Below are positions 27,901 to 39,354 of a stretch of 64,000 nt of DNA, one piece after another. Source of the DNA: Geosiphon pyriformis uo1 (taxonomy: Eukaryota; Fungi; Glomeromycota); the NCBI GenBank assembly GCA_016748015.1, contig JAAOMT010000222.1, forward strand, positions 313,924 through 377,923, in the 5' to 3' direction. Under the pieces are notes generated by a model. It was not told the origin of the DNA. It searched no databases and saw nothing but the letters and a program-made list of their open reading frames with translations. The stretch's first letter is position 1. The number at the start of each line of letters is the position of its first letter. The position numbers and the translations under genes are program-made.

Positions 27901-30900
27901 TCAGTAACTAAATAGTTTTTTTTTGCTGGTGTAAGAGATTTACTGGCATATGCTATAACATGTTTTTTGCTATTTTCATCTTTCTGTGAAAAAACAGTAC
28001 CAAGTTCATAGTCAGATGTATCAGTGTAGAGGATAAAAGGTTGGTTCAGATCAGGTTGTTTAAGAATTGGTTCAGTAATAAGTTTTTCCTTCAGAATTTT
28101 AAAAGTTTTTTGTTAATGAATGCCCCAGTAATAATTGACATTTTTCCTGAGTAGCTGATTGAGAGAAAAAGCAATTTTGGAGAAATCCTTGATAAATTTG
28201 CGATAGTAAAAGACCAATCCAAGGAAAGAGTGTAGTTTAGAAACATTTATTAGTTGTCTAATGTTCTGAACTTTTTCAACTTTAGCTGGATCAGAGAAAA
28301 TTCTATCTTTTGTAATAAGATGACCAAGAAATTAGGTGGATTGGCATTTAAAGAAAGATTTAATTTGGTTGATCTTAAGGCCAGCATTTCTGAGCAGGTC
28401 AAAAACCATTTGTAAGTGTTCAAGATGTTTATTTCAGATTTTTGAATAGACTATTATGTCATTTAAGTAGACTAAAACAAAGTTTTCTTTTACTGATTCA
28501 AATACTTTGTCTATTAGGCATTGAAAAGTGGGAAGAGCATTGGTAAGACCAAAAAACATGACTGTGAATTCATAAGTGCCATACTTGATAATGAAAGCAG
28601 TTTTCTTTTTGCTTTTTGGATCCATCTTTACTTGCCAGAATCTAGCAGTTAAGTCAATGGTTGAGAAGAAAGCAGCACTATTGAATTTATCTAACATTGC
28701 ATCAATTTTGGGGAGTGAGTATATGTTTCTTATAATGATGACATTTAATTGATGGTAGTTGACACAGAAGTGTAGAGTTCTATCTTTCTTGGATATCATT
28801 ACAACTGAAAATGCTTATTTACTTTTGGTTTCTTGTATGAATCCAAGATTTTTCATCCAGTTTATTTCTTTCTTGATGAATTCATTATTGTAACAGTTGG
28901 ATTAATAGGGTTTCAAGTGGATAGAGCAAGTTTTTCTGGTGATGATGATATATTGTATTATATGAATGTGTTCAGAAGCATCACCTTTTTTGGATATAAC
29001 TGGGCTATTTTTAGCCAATAGGTTTTTAATGTCCACTTTTTTTTCTTCAGGGGAGAGTTTTTTTTGTTCTATAATTAATGATTAGATTTCAGGTGGTTCA
29101 TTCTTAAAAGATTTTTGGACTTCTTTTATTTCTTTACGAGATATCAAGCTGATTAGTTTCCAATTTTTGTAATAAATCAGGCAAAACATGCATTCATTGT
29201 TAGGAGAGTACAATGGTTTATCACACCAGCACTGAGCACAAGGATCATGCCACCAATAACTGTATTTTGCTTTCTTGTCAGGCTTTCTGTCAAAGGTTCT
29301 TCTGAGAATATCATAGTAGGGCCAACAGATCAGCTTGCCATTTACCATAATTTCTTCTTTATCTGCTTTAACATTATCTAATGGCTTGCCATTGCTGGTA
29401 AAGATGATGTAGACAAGTTTAGCAATTTCTTTTTGTTCTTTTTGTTCATCTTCTTCTTTATTTTCTTTATCATCTGATTCATCTGATTGCTCTTTTTCTT
29501 GGCTTTGTTTGGGTACTGGAGGAGTTGTCTAATAGTAATACTTAACCATGATGGGTTTCTTACCACATCTGATGGTTAGTTCACAGAGTTCATAATTAAG
29601 CAAAACTTTTGTTTTCTTGAGCCATTCATTGCCAACTATTATGGTGTATTCTTTCATTTCAGATACTTCTATGTCAGTTTCAATGCTGATGCTATTAATT
29701 CAGACAGAAACAGCTTTGGCTATCTCCAGACTTTTCTTCTTGTCACCATGTACATTGGTCATTGGTTTTGTAGATGGTTCATTAATCTTTTTGCCAATTG
29801 CTTCTAAAAAGTGTTTGGCAATGACACTAACAGATGATCCACTGTTCAGGATCAGATCAATAAAGTAACCAGTCACTTGGGCTTTACAAATAAAAGGGAT
29901 AACATTGCTGTTGTTAGCAAGTTCAGCTTGACATAAACACTTGTTGGTCTTTGGTGTCTTTTTTTTGGAAATCAAAGATTTGCAAAGATTTTTTCTGAAT
30001 TGGAAATGAGTCATTAACTGGTCAAAGATAATATGAGCAGGTGTTTTCATGAGATTTTTGACAACAAAATAAGAATCAGATTTTTGTACTATTTCTGAGG
30101 GTTTCAATTTTGGAGAATTTTTAAAAACTTTGATCTTTTGTGATTTATTGTTATCAGCAGTTGATGTGGAGGCTTTCTTTGGATCTATAATAAAATCAAT
30201 CTTGACTTTCTTCTTTTTTCTTGTTAATTTAGAAGTGTTGATTGCTAGTTTATCTATGTTATAGTTATCATCAGTTAGATTAAAAGCATAAAAAAAGTTT
30301 TCTTCTGATTGGCTTGCACTCTCATCCTTTGGAGATATGCCTACTAGTTTAAAGGCTAATAAACAGTGGCTTTAACTAAGGAATCCTCTCCAAAAAAATT
30401 GATGTTGGCATAATTAGGTCTTTGGTTGGGAACATTGTTATTGATGGTTCTGTTGTTTTGATTGTCATTGTTTTTGGGAGCTGAAGAAGGCAGGGGAGAA
30501 TTGTTACAATCTCTAAAGAAATGTCCAGTTAATCCACAGTGATAACACACAGGTGGGCCACGATTTTGTTGTCTTTGATAAGGGGGTTGCTAAGGTTGAT
30601 TAAAATGGGGTTCAAATCTGAGTCTTTGGGGTTATTGATTCTCTTTGACTGCTTAAGCTAAGAGTTCCAGTAACTGGGCAAGATTAGCTGTAAGTCTATT
30701 TATTAACTGTTCATTTGGGTCTTGAGTTTGGGCAGCAAAAAAAGTAGCAGCTATTTGGGGAGCAGAAGCTATAACAGGAGCAGAAACAAAAACTAGAAAT
30801 ATGGATTCCAAGTGCATCTTTTAGTTGTCTTCAATTTGTTGGGCAAAGTTCAATGGTCATGTCCATTGTGGGATTGTCTTTTAGAGCCAGAAGGGGCCAA

Positions 30901-32621
30901 AAAGCATAGAACAGATCTGTTCTCAATCTTTTTGTAAAGAAATAAATCTTTTGTTTTTCTGTCCAGTTTTTTCCAGAGTCTACTCTTTTAATTAACTTTC
31001 TGATGGCTTTGGCATATTCAGTTACCACTTTATTAGGACCTTGGGTTTTTCTTTCTAGTTCATGCATCATTTAGATATTAAGATAGAAGTTTTAAATTTC
31101 ATTTCAAACTGGGTAGTAAAAGAGATGTTGTTTTCTCTAACATTTGCTGGTGCCCATCTAATGATTTTTTGCTGAACATTGGCATTGGTTTCTTGTAAGA
31201 ACCAAGTAGCAGGTAAGCCTTAAAGGTAGCCACAAACAATTTGAAACTTATATTCATTATTATATTGGTTGGCTGTGACAACTCTTTTAAAGTCATTCAA
31301 CCATTTAATTAGATCTTGTGTATTATTTTTAAACAAGGATAATAGAGTGTTGTTTTTTTTTTCCAAAACAGTTTGTATGTCTTGGAGAGCAATCAGAATG
31401 TTTTGTTACATAGGATCATTAGCCATTGGTTCAGGAGTTATTGTTTGAGTAGAGTGATCTGATTTACTTAAGAAAAGATCAAAAACAGAAGCAGTTTGAT
31501 AGCTTTCTTTTTCTGTTTCAAAAAGAGTTTCAGTTGATTAATGGGCAGCAATCCAAGTATAGATTTAATGATTCAGATATTCAAAATTAGAGGGCTGTTG
31601 TTCAAAGGTTGTAGAATATAAAAGCTGATTGATGCTGTTGTTTCTTTTTTTAAAGTTGTCTTCAAAATAAACTTAATCAAAGTAATAAGTTGTATAGGCT
31701 GTATAGGTTTCAGCTGAATGCTTATTCAGAAACCAGTTCCAAAAGTCTTGAAATTGTCTGCTAGATTGTTTTTCAATAGGGAAACAAATCAAGCAGAAGA
31801 GCAAAAGATTGAGTTCAATAAAGTCTAGATTGTTTTTGTTGTGTGTTTTAAAGTGTTCTTTTGATTGTTGTGACAGGTATGAATAATCACCCATACAATA
31901 AGAAACAAAGTGAATTTTGACAACCTTACAGGAAGCACCACTTTTATGTTATGAGTTGAAGTAACAAGCTAATATATAGCAAAAAAGAACAGGATTGTAG
32001 GATAATAGAAATAATCAAAGAGATTTCAACTTTAAGGAGTGAATTGAATGAGTAAGAATTCAATGTGCAAGATCAATCTCATAAAATATCTCAGTTGCTG
32101 TACTTTTTAAAAGATAACTAGGGAATCTGAAGATAAAAAGATAGTTTGTACTGTCAACAAATGATCATGTCTGGTATAATTTTATGCCTTACATCAGTGC
32201 TCTTAGAATTAAATATCAAGTATTAGATGTACTCTTCAGTCACACTTTATTTAATAATCTTCAAATACTACAATTATACAAGTTAGGAAAAGAATAGATA
32301 AATGCTAACAAGTAATCTTTTATTCCAAGATGTTTAGATACTTGAAGGTAAGAAAAAAAAAATTAGTAATAAGAGAAAAATTAAGATAAAAGTTGTTATT
32401 TTATTTATTTGATTCTTGATTTCTACATACTTTTTTACAGCTAAGAAATTCATCATTTATATAGTTATTAAAAGTGATTAATAATTAGGTCAACAACTAA
32501 ATCAATGATCAGGTCAATGGTCAAATCATTAATCAGGTCAATGATTACTTTCTAAAAATAGAGTGGCTAATTTATATTGTTATGGTTGAAACCCATAATT
32601 TTTATTAGTTATCACATGTAT

Positions 32622-33001
32622 NNNNNNNNNNNNNNNNNNNNNNNNNNNNNNNNNNNNNNNNNNNNNNNNNNNNNNNNNNNNNNNNNNNNNNNNNNNNNNN
32701 NNNNNNNNNNNNNNNNNNNNNNNNNNNNNNNNNNNNNNNNNNNNNNNNNNNNNNNNNNNNNNNNNNNNNNNNNNNNNNNNNNNNNNNNNNNNNNNNNNNN
32801 NNNNNNNNNNNNNNNNNNNNNNNNNNNNNNNNNNNNNNNNNNNNNNNNNNNNNNNNNNNNNNNNNNNNNNNNNNNNNNNNNNNNNNNNNNNNNNNNNNNN
32901 NNNNNNNNNNNNNNNNNNNNNNNNNNNNNNNNNNNNNNNNNNNNNNNNNNNNNNNNNNNNNNNNNNNNNNNNNNNNNNNNNNNNNNNNNNNNNNNNNNNN
33001 N
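32622..33001. other. Assembly gap (380 N) covering most of the B4 5' LTR
   Basis: Run of n. About 620 bp would be expected if the 5' LTR equals the 654-bp 3' LTR. Confidence 0.98.
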
Positions 33002-33039
33002 CCTGTGAGGTAGTCAAAATTCACTTATTCCCTCATTGT

Positions 33040-34596
33040 ATGGGTAATTACTTATATCTGTCACAGCAATCAGAAGAACACTTTGCAGCACACAACAGAA
33101 ATGACCTAGATTTCATTGAACTTAATCCTCTGCCCTCCTGCTTGATCTGCTTTCCCATTGAAGAACAATCCAGCAGACAATTCCAAAACTTTTGGAACTG
33201 GTTCCTGAATGAGCATTTAGCTGAAACCTACACAACTTATACAACCTATTACTTTGATCAAGCTTATTTTGAAGACAACTTTGAAGAAAGAAACAACAGT
33301 ATCAATCAGCTCTTATATTCTACAACTTTTGAACAACAGCCCCCTGATTTCGAATATCTGAATCATCAAATTCATATTTGAATTGCTGTCCATCAATCAA
33401 CAGTAACTTCCCTTAAAACAGAAGAAGAAAGCTACCAAACAGCTCCTATTTTTGATCTCTTCTTAAATGAATCAGAGCACTCTACACAAACAGTAACTCC
33501 TGAACCAATGGCCCAAGATCCAATACAAGTAAACATCCTGGCCACCCTCCAAGGCATACAAACTGCTTTGGGACGAAGAAACAACACTTCACTACCCCTA
33601 TTCAGAGGTGATGCTCAAGATCCAATTGAATGGTTGGACAATTTTGAAAGAGCAGCCACTGCAAACCAGTATGATAATGAATACAAGTTCCAAATTGTTG
33701 GTGGCTACCTCCAAGGCTCCCCTGCTACCTGGTTTTTACAAGAAACCAATGCTGGTGCTCAACAAAAAATTGTTAGATGAACCCCAGCAAATATTGGAGA
33801 AAACAATACCTCTTTTACTATCTGGTTTGAAAACAAATTCAGAACCTCCATCTTAATATCCAAATGGCGTATGAAATTAGAAAAAAGAACCCAAAGTCCT
33901 GGTAAAATTGTAACCGAATATGCCAAAGCAATCAGAAAACTCATCAAGCATGTAGACTCTGGTAGAAACTGAACTGAAGAGCAAAAAATCCACTCCTTCA
34001 CAAAAGAATTGAGAACTGATTTATCATATGCTCTTTGGCCTCTCTTGGCTCTGAAAGACAACCTTATAATGAATATGGCTATTGAACTCGCCCAAAGAAT
34101 TGAAGATAACCAAAGGATGCATCTGAGATCCACACTTCCAATTTTCGCTCCTGCTCCTGTCATGGCCTCTGCTTCTCAAGTGGCTGCTATTTCTTTTGCT
34201 GCCCAAATCCAAGACCCAAATAAACAATTGATAGATAGACTTACAGCTAACCTTGCCCGGTTATTAGAACCATTGGCACAAGCAGTCAGAGATAACCAGC
34301 AACCACCAAGACCTAGATATGAACCTCATTTTAACCAGCCTTAGCAACCTCCCTATCAAAGACAGCAAAATCATGGCCCATCTATGTGCTATTGTTGTGG
34401 ATTAACTGGATATTATTTAAAAGATTGTAACAATCCTTCATTGCCTTCTCCAGCTCCCAGAAACAATAACAACCAAAACAACAGACCCAACAACAACAAC
34501 AATATCCCCAATCAAAGACCCAATCATGCCAACATCAATTTTTTTGGAGAGAATCCCCTAGTTGAAGCCACTGTTTATCAGTCTTTAAACTGGTAG
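33040..34596 (+). pseudogene. gag: gag of B4
   Basis: PLFRGDAQDPIEWLDNFERAATAN capsid start and CYCCGLTGYYLKDC knuckle (CYHCGLTGHFFRDC in B3). One frame with four premature stops. Confidence 0.9.
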
Positions 34597-34626
34597 GCGC
34601 ACCTCCAAAGAGTAAGAGTGCAAGCC
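34584..34626 (+). promoter_or_regulatory. Putative -1 ribosomal frameshift signal at the gag/pol junction of family B
   Basis: T TTA AAC in the gag frame two codons before the gag stop, followed by a GGCGCAC...GTGCAAGCC stem. Heptamer also present in B3 (30347-30353, minus strand). Confidence 0.75.
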
Positions 34627-37600
34627 AACCAGAAAAAAACCCCTTTTACACTTTTAACTTAACTGATGATGACCATGACATGGATGAACTAGCAATCAAC
34701 ACCTCAGAACCAACCAGAAAGAAGAAGAAAGCCAAGGTTGATTTCGTTCTAGACTCTAACAAAGCCTCAACTTCTACTGCTGATAATAATGAGCCACCAA
34801 AGGCTAAAGTTTTTAAGAATCCTCCAAAGTTGGAACCCTTAGAAATTGTACAAAAATCTGAACCCTATTCTGTTGTCAAAGATCTCATGAAAATCCCAGC
34901 ACATATTACCTTTGGCCAGTTAATGACCCACCCACAGTTTAGAAAGGATCTTTGTAAATCCTTGATTCCAAAAAAGAAGACACCAAAAACCCACAAACAC
35001 TCTCGCCAAGTTGGACTTGCTGACAACAGCAATGTTACCCCTCTGATTTGTAAAGCCCAAGTGGCTGGATACTTCATTGACTTAATTCTGAACAGTGGAT
35101 CATCTGTTAGTGTCATTGCCAAACACTTCTTGGAAGCAATTGGTAGAAAGCTTGATAAACCTTCTGCTAGACCAATGACCAATGTACATGGTGACAAAAA
35201 GAAAGAACTGGGTATTGCCAAAGCTGTTCCTGTCCGCATCAATGGAATCAGTATTGAAACTGATATGGAAGTTTCTAAAGCCAAGAAATATACCATCATT
35301 GTTGACAATGAATGGCTCAAGAAAGCAAAAGCTTTGCTTGATTATGAACTTTGTAAATTAACCATCAGATGTGGTAAGAAACCCATTATGGTTAAGTGTC
35401 GTCATTGGACAACTTCCCCAGTACTCAAACAAAACCAAGAAGAAAGACAATCAGATGAATTAGATAATAAAGAGAGCGATAAAGAAGAAAAACAAGAAAA
35501 GTAAGAAAAAATTGCTGAACTCGCCTATACCACCTTCATCAGCAATGGCAAACCACTAGATAATGTTAAAGCAGACAAAGAAGGAATCATTGTAAATGGC
35601 AAGCTGATTTGCTGGTCTTATTATAATATTCTTAGAAAAACCTTTGAAAGAAAACCTGGCAAGAAAGTCAAATACAGTTTTTGGTGGCATGGTCCTTGTG
35701 CCCAGTGTTGGTGCAACAAACTCTTGTATTCTTCAAGCAATGAATACAAATCATGCCTGATCTATTACAGAGATTGGAAACCAATCAGTTTGATACCCAG
35801 AGAAGAATTGAAAGAAATACAGAAGTTCTTTGAAAATAAACCACCTAAGATCCAATCACTGGCTATAGAACAAAAAAAACTCTCCCCAGAAGAAAGAAAA
35901 ATAGATATTGAAAATTTGCTGGCTAGAAATAGCCCAGTTATTTCCAAAGAAGATGATACTCCTGGACGTACCCATGTGATACAAAACACCATTACCACCA
36001 GAGAAACTCGACTTATCTATTTGAAGCCTTATCAATCCAATCAGCACAATGATGAGTTTATCAAGAAAGAGATAAACCAGATGAAAGAACTTGGATTTAT
36101 ACAAGAAACCAAGAGTGAATGGGCTTTCCCAGTTGTAGTGGTATCCAAAAAAGATGGAACACTACGCTTTTGTGTTGACTATTACCAATTAAATGCCATC
36201 ACTAAAAGAGATATGTACCCACTTCCCAAGATTGATGCAATGTTAGACCAATTCAAAGATGCTGCTTTCTTCTCAACCATTGACTTAACTGCTGGATTCT
36301 GGCAAGTAGAGATGGATCCAGAAAGCAGAAAGAAAACTGTCTTCATCACCAAGTATGGCACCTATGAATTCACAGTCATGCCTTTTGGTCTCACCAATGT
36401 CCCTCCCACCTTTCAATGCTTAATGAATAAAGTATTTGAATCAGTCAAGGAAAACTTTGTTCTAGTCTATTTGGATGACATAATGGTATACTCAAAAACC
36501 TGTGATGAACACCTGGAACATTTACAAAAGGTTTTTGATCTTCTCAGAAATGCTGGCCTCAAGATCAACCCAATCAAATCTTTCTTTGGAAGACAATCCA
36601 CCCAGTTTCTTGGTCATCTTATCACAAAAGATGGAATCTTTCCTGACCCAGCCAAAGTTGAAAAAGTCCAAAACATCAAACAACCAATGAACATTCATGA
36701 ACTATGCTCTTTTCTTGGTTTGGCCTCTTATTATCGCAAATTTGTCAAGGATTTCTCCAAAATCGTCTCTCCTCTTAATCAGCTACTCAGGAAAAATGTT
36801 AATTACCATTGGAGAACACATTAGCAAAAAGCCTTTGAAACTTTAAAGGAAAAACTGATTACAGAACCCATTCTCAAGCAACCTGATCTAGATCGACTCT
36901 TTATCTTCCACACTGATGCATCTGGCTTTGGACTTGGTGCTGTTCTCTCCCAGAAAAATGAAGATGGCAAAAAACATGCCATAGCCTATGCCAGTAGAAC
37001 TCTTTCCCCAGCAAAACAGAACTATTCAATTACTGAACAAGAATGCTTAGCAGTAGTATGGTCCATTAGTTACTAGAGTAAGTATCTTCTTGGTGTAAAG
37101 TTTTTGGTGATAACAGATTATCAAGCTTTGGTTTGGCTGTGCAACAAAAAGAGGCTAGAACACAAATAGATAACTCGCTGGATACTTCACTTGGATAAAT
37201 TCGACTATGATATTTAACATCACAAAAGAGCTAATCATCAAAACACTGACGCTCTCTCCAGATTTATTATTCAGTAACAGAACAACTCTCTCAAACCAAA
37301 CCAACTTAATTATTAGTAATTCTTCTTTTTAACAAACATGATAATAGACTTGGACAACTACTCTGCCTTAATGGAATTTTTGGGTAAAGGACAATACCCA
37401 CTGAAATACACAGGACAACAAAGAGAACATTTGTGCAAACAATCAAATTTCTATTTGATTCACCAGAACCAATTTTATAAAAGAAATAGAAAAGATTTTG
37501 ACTGTCTTCAGAGAGTCATCAGATTTGAAAAAAGAGAAATTGTGATCTATAATATGCACACTGATCCATTAACTGGACACTTTGGAAAAACAAAAACAAT

Positions 37601-38657
37601 TCAGAAAACTCTAGCTTGCTATTATTGGCTTACCTTGGGAAAAGACATTGCTGAATACATCAAAACCTGTGATATCTGCCAAAGAAAAAAAAAACCCAAT
37701 CGCAAAGAAGATATCCATCCAATCTCTGTTGGTCAACTCTTTGACAGAATTGGTATAAATGTTGTTGGATCTTTAACAATAACTTCTGATAGCACCAGAT
37801 ACATTATCACAACTATTGACTATCTTACAAAATGGGTAGAAGCAAAAGCCACTCCAGACCAAACAGCAATTTCAATAGCCAATTTCATTTATGAAGATAT
37901 TATTTGTCACCACGGCTGCCCCAAAGAACTTTTATCTGACAGAGGAAGAGCTTTTCTTAGTACACTTGTTGAAGAACTTTGCAGAAAAATGGGAATATGT
38001 TACAAACTTTCCTCTTCTTATCACCCCCAAACAAATGGCCTAGTGGAATGTTTCAATAGAACACTATGTGAAACCCTAGCCAAAACCAGTGAAGAAACAA
38101 ACTTATGAGACAAAGTACTGCCTTCAGTCTTGTTTGCTTATAGAACTGTGAATCATGACATAACAAGTTATGAACCCTTTTATCTACTCTATGGACGAAT
38201 GGCAACCTTATCAATAGAAACTGACATTAAAACAATACTCTTTGAAGAAATAACAATAGGGAATTACAAAGACATTTTGCAAAGAAGACTTGGTACCATT
38301 CTTGACTCATTAGTAGAAGCATGAATAATTGCCTTTGAAAAGATAAAACAATTCCAAGAGAAGCTTAAGAAAAAGAAAACATATAAAACATTTTCCTTAA
38401 GTGTTGGTGACTTAATTTTAGAATGCCATTCAGACAGAGACAATGTCTATAGTGATAAATTCTCTAGCTGATGGAAAGGACCCTTTATAGTCAACAAAGT
38501 TTTGAACAATAGTTCTTATATCTTACAAGATTAATATGGAACAATCTTCAATGATCGCTTTGTTTATGGCACACAACTCAAGAAATATCACAAACGACCT
38601 GATTGGTTACCTGTTGTAGTAATACCGACCCAAATAATCAACAAAAATCAGATATAA
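34597..38657 (+). pseudogene. pol: pol of B4 (PR, Cys-rich linker, RT, RNase H, IN, GPF/Y)
   Basis: LILNSGSS (DSG), FCVDY, YLDD, HTDASG, GHFG...CDIC, YHPQTNGLVE, WKGPF. In the -1 frame relative to gag. Confidence 0.93.
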
Positions 38658-38698
38658 ATAAATACATTATTCCCAAAACAGAGGTATCTTCAATCGAC

Positions 38699-39354
38699 AT
38701 GAACAATTATTTCCTAGATCAAAACATTCAAAATGCTTTCTATACTCTCCATGAATACTGAATCAAAAATTATCCAAATGCTACTCTGATCATTGGAAAA
38801 CAAACCACCATAATTAATAACAGTGGAACACATACTGTTGTTAGACCAAAGAAAACTACTACTAGAAGAGAAAGAATTGGTAGCAAAATAGATAAGTATT
38901 TGCTGAAAAGCATAACAGCAGCAATACTTACACCTTTCATAACAATTGGAAAAATGATTAAGGAAATCTTGCCCATAGACAAAAACTTGTCATATGGAAG
39001 ACAACTAGAATTCTATGGTCATCTTGGTGAAATCATAGAAGAAATGAAGCTCATAAAGAAAACAACTTCAGAGATACAAATGGAAATTTTGGGCATTATA
39101 TGTTTAGATGTCCCAAGAGTTTTAACCATTGCAAGAAGAGCCAAAACTCTTATACAAAGATTTGGTCTTTTGGATACAAAGCTTATTTCGTCTCAAGTAC
39201 TATACACTCTATCTACAAAGACTTCAACAAACTAGTTAGTTTTGAGTTAGACAAAACCCTTCAATTAGAATACCCTATAAATAGCTTGATTTTGCCGGAG
39301 CTCAATCTCTTTGGAGAGGATGATGTTATGGTTGAAACCCATAATTTTTATTAG
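38699..39354 (+). pseudogene. Family B ORF3, ~218 aa, unknown function, ends inside the 3' LTR
   Basis: Same ORF in all four B copies: 11375-12031 is exactly 657 nt; also 25584-26240 (minus) and from 40560 in B2. B4 has a 1-nt deletion near 39220. Confidence 0.8.

Noticed and set aside
32341-32445. Apparent antisense intron in LTR B (GAAG|GTAAG...TTTTACAG)
   Set aside because: Acceptor is not conserved in the best-preserved B4 LTR, and the region is simply the complement of the AATAAA/A-rich tract after the TATA box.
32577-33024. Three ORFs of 139-145 aa in the ORF track
   Set aside because: Artefacts of translating the N gap.
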